NCBI GenBank assembly: GCA_950097015.1
Contig: CATNEN010000007.1
Span: forward strand, 2,728,001 to 2,792,000
Reading direction: 5' to 3'
Length of the DNA: 64,000 nucleotides
Source: Macrostomum hystrix
Taxonomy: Eukaryota > Animalia > Platyhelminthes
The position numbers and the translations under genes were made by a program. The notes below the pieces were generated by a model, which saw only the letters and a program-made list of their open reading frames with translations, was not told where the DNA came from and searched no databases. Shown here one piece after another: positions 40,612 to 64,000 of this stretch. Numbering within the stretch: the stretch's first letter is position 1; every line of letters starts with the position of its first letter.

Positions 40612-41508
40612 CATAGTTGCCACTGGCAAGCAATGAAATATTAGCGCTAGGTGAAAAACTTAGCGCAGCATTAGATAAATTTGTTTAAAACTTGAATAAA
40701 CATTAAAATTCATAAGCAGTAACCACAAGTCCACAAAGCCCATAGTTATCTTTCTCTTTTAGCCAGTCTTCATCCCATTTTGTGGCTTAGCCTTGTTGGT
40801 TTGGCTTCCGCTTAGGCTTTGCTTTGGAACTCATGCCTGGTGCAAGTGTCTATTCAATTAAATAGTCTCTGCTGTTGCTTATGTTACTTTGTTGAAAAAC
40901 AAGTTCTCTGTTTAAAATGGATTAAATAAAGAGCTTTAGCTAGACCATTTGGGTGGGACTGCGATTGGGCCAGGGGTGAACCAAACCCCACCTCTCAGAC
41001 CCTATATATACTAATGTACAATATGTACAAATGTACAAACGATGTACAATGTACAAAACGTAATGTACAAAACGAGGGTTTTGGCCTAGTCTCACCTTAG
41101 CCCAGGGAGGGGTGGCATGACTAGGGTGAGATATATAGTGAGAGGGGTGGAGGCATAGAGCACAAGAGATGGGAGGCGCCTAGAAAGGGGAAAGGGTTGG
41201 AGGCAAGCTGATGAGGAGCAGCCATCTTGGGTAGAGGTAGAGGGACAGATAGACAAAGCAGTTAGTAATAAATAACATGTAATGATGTTTTCAGTGTATG
41301 GGTACTGTCCTTTTCGGTCATTAATTTCCTTCCTTTCCCTGGCTATTTATTCTACGTGAGATGAGTCTGAGGAAGGCAACTAATGTGAAATATACAATTT
41401 TGTGTCATTTAGTGCAGGGTTTACTGTATTTCACAAAAAGTAGCGCAATAGCGTAGCTAAAGCAAAATAGTGCAATAGCGCTAAAATAGCGCAGGTGTGG
41501 CAACTATG
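40612..41508. mobile_element. hAT-type non-autonomous element (897 bp), 8-bp TSD
   Basis: Perfect 12-bp TIR CATAGTTGCCAC / GTGGCAACTATG. Perfect TSD GTTGGAAA at 40604-40611 and 41509-41516. TAGCGC subterminal repeats at both ends. Confidence 0.92.
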
Positions 41509-42010
41509 GTTGGAAACCTTTAAAAGTATTTTAAGAGTAGTTAGAAGTGACAATATGAAGAGGCTTCTAGACAGAGAGAGGTCTCTCTGTCTTATCAGTC
41601 TGCTCATTTGTATGCCATCTATTTGCTGAATGCTGGCTCAACCTTGACTAGCCTGACTGACTATACTGAAAGACATACAGATAAATATACAATATCCTAG
41701 TTCAAAACTTCAGCACTCAAAATTATTACTCCTTATTACAGATAGATTAAAATATAAATTAATATAAACATTACATTTTTCAAACTGATTAAAAAAAGCC
41801 AAATCAAAACATATACTAAAAATATAGTAAACAAACTGCAAAATTTTAGATAGGCATAGGAAACTTTAAAGTCAATAAAATATAATATTATCCCTATCAT
41901 TGATATAATTTTGTTTAATGAATCGACATTGGGCCAAGGTTACCAGGCCCTATAATTATATGACAAATGTTAGCTAGCTAGTTACAATAATACTATTAAT
42001 AGGCTTTAGC

Positions 42011-42681
42011 CCATGGTGCAGAAGGATTTCTGTGTACGACGGAAGGCAAATTTCAGTTTTAGCCTGCTGTACGACAGTACGACACAAGTGAACTAAGTAA
42101 TTTTTTTTGTACGACAAACTACAATGCAGAAACCCACATACTCCCGACCCAGACAAAGAGTAATAATAAGTTGTAAGTGGTAATAACAAGTTTACAAGTA
42201 ATTGTAAATTCTGACCGGAGGACGAGAATTACAAGATCAGATGATTATGAATTAATTCACAATTCAATTCCCAGTAACACGATACAACGATACGCATTTC
42301 AAAAAATAAATAAACAAGGTTAAGATTAAAACAACGGATGCACATTTGTGTGGCCTTGAATATAAAAATGTGAAATTTGGTGCCACATAATAAAAAATTA
42401 TTATTAAGTATGCCAAGATTATATTTTATTTGTGCCTCATAAAAAGAACTTCGAATAAATTTAATTTAATTATGAAAACGAAATTGTATTTTTAAATGCC
42501 TATGCATACATTGCATATAGCTTTCTAGTCAGAGATATACGACAGTGACAGTGTGGCCAACGACGGTACGACATGTACGACAAAGAGCCCTTGCAAAAAT
42601 GAACGATGTACGACATGTACGACAACCAACCTCAATGTACGACGGAAATTTCTGTCATACACCCGTCCTTCTGCACTATGG
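42011..42681. mobile_element. Non-autonomous TIR element (671 bp), 8-bp TSD, superfamily uncertain (hAT/P/MULE-like)
   Basis: TIR CCATGGTGCAGAAGGA / TCCTTCTGCACTATGG (1 mismatch). TSD GCTTTAGC at 42003-42010 and 42682-42689. Multiple GTACGAC subterminal motifs. Confidence 0.88.
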
Positions 42682-42841
42682 GCTTTAGCTAGATGATAAA
42701 AAAGTCACAAATGAGCAAATGGCCTAGTGGCCTAGTCACCAGAAGCTACTTTACTGGCACATTGTCATTTCCTTGTAGCTAGGCCTAGTGCCAATTGATT
42801 TTCAACTGTTAAAAACAGGGCATATATATATATATAGTTAA

Positions 42842-43246
42842 GGCAATGTCCTAGTTTTCCGCATTAAAAAATTTTGACCTGAATTTTTTTGCATTTCAGT
42901 GCATCTGACATGGCTAGACAACCTAGAGCACCAACAACAATCATTCCTGTCATGGATTTACTGCCTGCTGCTGACCTATGTGACCTGAATGTGACCCAGC
43001 ATCAAGGCAAAGTTCTGGCGCATGCATGGAACCAGTGATGGACTGTTTGAGTCGCACCTTAGCAAGTACCTCTGGCAGCATCTCTATCTAGAGAAGACCT
43101 TTGGCAACTTTCTCTACTGGGTTGCCCATTATTATGGCATTTAATACAGTAACGTGACTGCTGACTACCATGGAATGACTTGTTTTACTTAGATTTTTCT
43201 GTTTTTCAACTCAAAATAATCTAATGTGGGAAACTAGGACATTGCC
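42842..43246 (+). mobile_element. Merlin (IS1016/ISXO2-related) DNA transposon, internally deleted
   Basis: ~25-bp TIR GGCAATGTCCTAGTTTTCCGCATTA / TAATGTGGGAAACTAGGACATTGCC. Degenerate 9-bp TSD TATAGTTAA / TATAGGTGA. The interior encodes a short N-terminal piece (ATG 42910) and, with frameshifts, KFWRMHGTSDG/LFESHLSKYLWQH...TFGNFLYWVAHYYGI* (stop 43142-43144), like the Merlin transposase C-terminus. Confidence 0.85.
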
Positions 43247-45633
43247 TATAGGTGATACAGTGGTTTCCAGTTGTGTAGCAAGGAACAAAAAGGAACAAGG
43301 AACAAGTAACAAACGAATATGCTACTAAACTAGCCTTTGTAATGCAGGCTGCTACATAGCTAGCTGGGCTATAAAATGACTAAGTAGGCCCTTTAAGATA
43401 AAGACTAGGCCTAGCCTAGTTAAGAAGAAATTTTCAAATCTTCGAAACTTACCACATGCATATGCATTAAATGTCAGTACTAATATTATAGTTAGTTTAA
43501 CTAAATATCAAAATTTTAGGCCTAGAAGAACCTAAATTTAAAATTTTTTCGCAATCTAAAATTAATCGTTAAGTCCATCACTAATGCATCGACCGAACAA
43601 GATATGGTGAATCCGGTGGATCGGGTGATAATTTACTTTAATTGAAAGGTTGACTTTCGACATTAGTAGTAATGTTTGTAACACTGAGTTTGACCACTTG
43701 ATTTTTTTCAGTTACAATTGATATTCCAGAAACGGTTAAAACCGTTCTTAAACTTATGAAAAACTTGGTTTTGTTTTTTTGGACTTAAGAAACAAATTTT
43801 TAATTATATGATTTGGGATCGTTTTTTAATTTATATTTTATAAGAATTCTACTTATGTTCTGCATTCATTGCGCTGTTCGATCATCTGCCGCAAACATTC
43901 TTCCTACTTTACAATGGTGCTGCAAATATTAGTTTACTAGTTTAGAATAAATTAACCTAATAGTTTTTTATATTAATTTAAGACAAGACTACAAGAGAAG
44001 TATATTATTTTCGCTTGCATTGCAGTTGCATATTTAATAGCCATAATTTGTCTATTTAGGCTTCGCCAAAGGCAAAAAATATTTTCGTCTGCTGTCAGTG
44101 CGTCGGCCGGGTTTTATCAGCTAAAATTCGATTGAGTTGTTTCGTCTGCCAATAATATTCGATATTCTAACTTATCAAATATATATTTACTTATTTGAAT
44201 TAATTAAAATAATAAAATATAATAATATAATTTTAAAACTTACTTCATAAATTGATTGCAATATTGGACATATTTCTTAATTGATTTTTATCAAGTTTTT
44301 GTTACAATTGTTGTATTTTATCTATGCCCTTATAATTTAGGATAGTGCCATTAATATTATACTTTAGAATATATCTATTTGCTATAAGCTAGATATTTTT
44401 GTTGGCAGTAATTTTTTTAGATAGCAAATGAATAATATGTTATAAAGTTAAATCACAATGGTATACAAAACTATATCCAGCAAGAAAAATGTTGATAAAA
44501 TTTGGAACTACGTGTTTTGTACTTAACATGTGTTTCTATGAATGACATTAATGACTAAGTAACAGAATAAGAAATAAATAAAGAAATGTCATAATTATTA
44601 TTACTATTATTTTACTTTTATATCTATTGCCATTTTATGTTACTATCTGTAAAAAAAGTCGTTTCATCTGTTGGCAGACTAGAGTAGGCCTAGACAAAAT
44701 GGCTATGTTGCCTAGCCTAAGGCTTAGGCTTTGCCTTTAACTGTTTGTGTTTTATGGATATTAGTCAATTAGTCAACTGGGGGTTTAGTGACTTCTTCCT
44801 ATAGTTGGTCATAAAATTTCATTTTGACAGCTTAATGTTTTGCTACTATAAAATAGAACATGTTAAGAAAGATTTTAAAGTACACATTTTTATTGTAGGC
44901 CCATAACTATCAAGCTAGGCCTTTAAACTAGCCACTAAACTAGTGGCTTCAACCATTTGGTTGAGTGGCCTCAACCACTAAACTAGTGGCTAGTCTACTA
45001 AACTAGACTTGAAGCAATAGCTATTAAATAGCTACATGTAATCATCTATTCTAGTGTTTATCATTTAATAATGTACATTTCTCTGTGCATTTTGATCTTG
45101 TCAATATATATACCTTAGTTACTATTCTCATATCTATTAGATGAAAGGACCATCACTTTGCAGCTCTATGCTAATAGGGACATACCTGCAATGGTAGCAA
45201 CTAGAAATAGCTAGGTAAATCCCAAGGTAATAATTTCATAAAGTATGATTTTCCTTGTTTGATATAAATGTATAGTTCCTTGTCAGGATTTCAAGTATTA
45301 ATATTTTTCTGTCATTTTTGCAGTAACATATTAACCATATTAACCTATGCATGGTTATAATATATATGTATCTCTAATATATCCAAATACAAGTGTTTAA
45401 TGAAGTTATAGCTAAAAAACAAAATGAGAGCAAAAACAAGCACTAGTGTGTAAATTATATTATTTGAAAGAGAACGTTAGAATAATAAATCCCTCCTAAA
45501 AGAAAATATTAACTTCAACTACAACAAAATGATACTATTATAAACCTACAGTTATCCAATATCCACTTTTCAGTTTAGCTTAAAAAGAACTAAGTGAACC
45601 AACCTGGTGCAGCCTGCTTTTATTTGTGGCAGC

Positions 45634-64000
<18,367 letters not shown>

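Overview
Eukaryotic (animal) genomic DNA. It is probably from a free-living flatworm such as Macrostomum; this is inferred from the GC-rich exons, the many private intronic minisatellites and the gene content, and is not proven. Nine protein-coding genes were reconstructed by hand from GT-AG sites and reading-frame phase. In order: the 3' end of WDR46/Utp7; a 3-exon NPY-type neuropeptide GPCR; a co-directional run of five + strand genes (TSEN34, MBD2/3, a DUSP12-like phosphatase, an unrecognised 199-aa protein, an innexin); PRP4 kinase on the - strand; and a MEGF8 orthologue with at least 17 exons that runs off the window. Mobile DNA comprises seven copies or fragments of one tRNA-derived SINE, a piggyBac-type MITE, two MITEs with 8-bp TSDs, an internally deleted Merlin and a probable decayed LINE. 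About 28 tandem-repeat arrays are present, and they account for most of the long ORFs in the supplied track. The most interesting leads are: (1) TSEN34 has no ATG for its conserved N-terminus but has an in-frame splice acceptor, which fits initiation at the 3'-terminal AUG of the flatworm spliced leader; (2) the five-gene run may be a trans-spliced operon; (3) both methyl-CpG-reading arginines of MBD2/3 are replaced by lysine; (4) the DUSP12-like protein lacks its zinc-binding domain; (5) MEGF8 has a polybasic furin-like site just outside the membrane.
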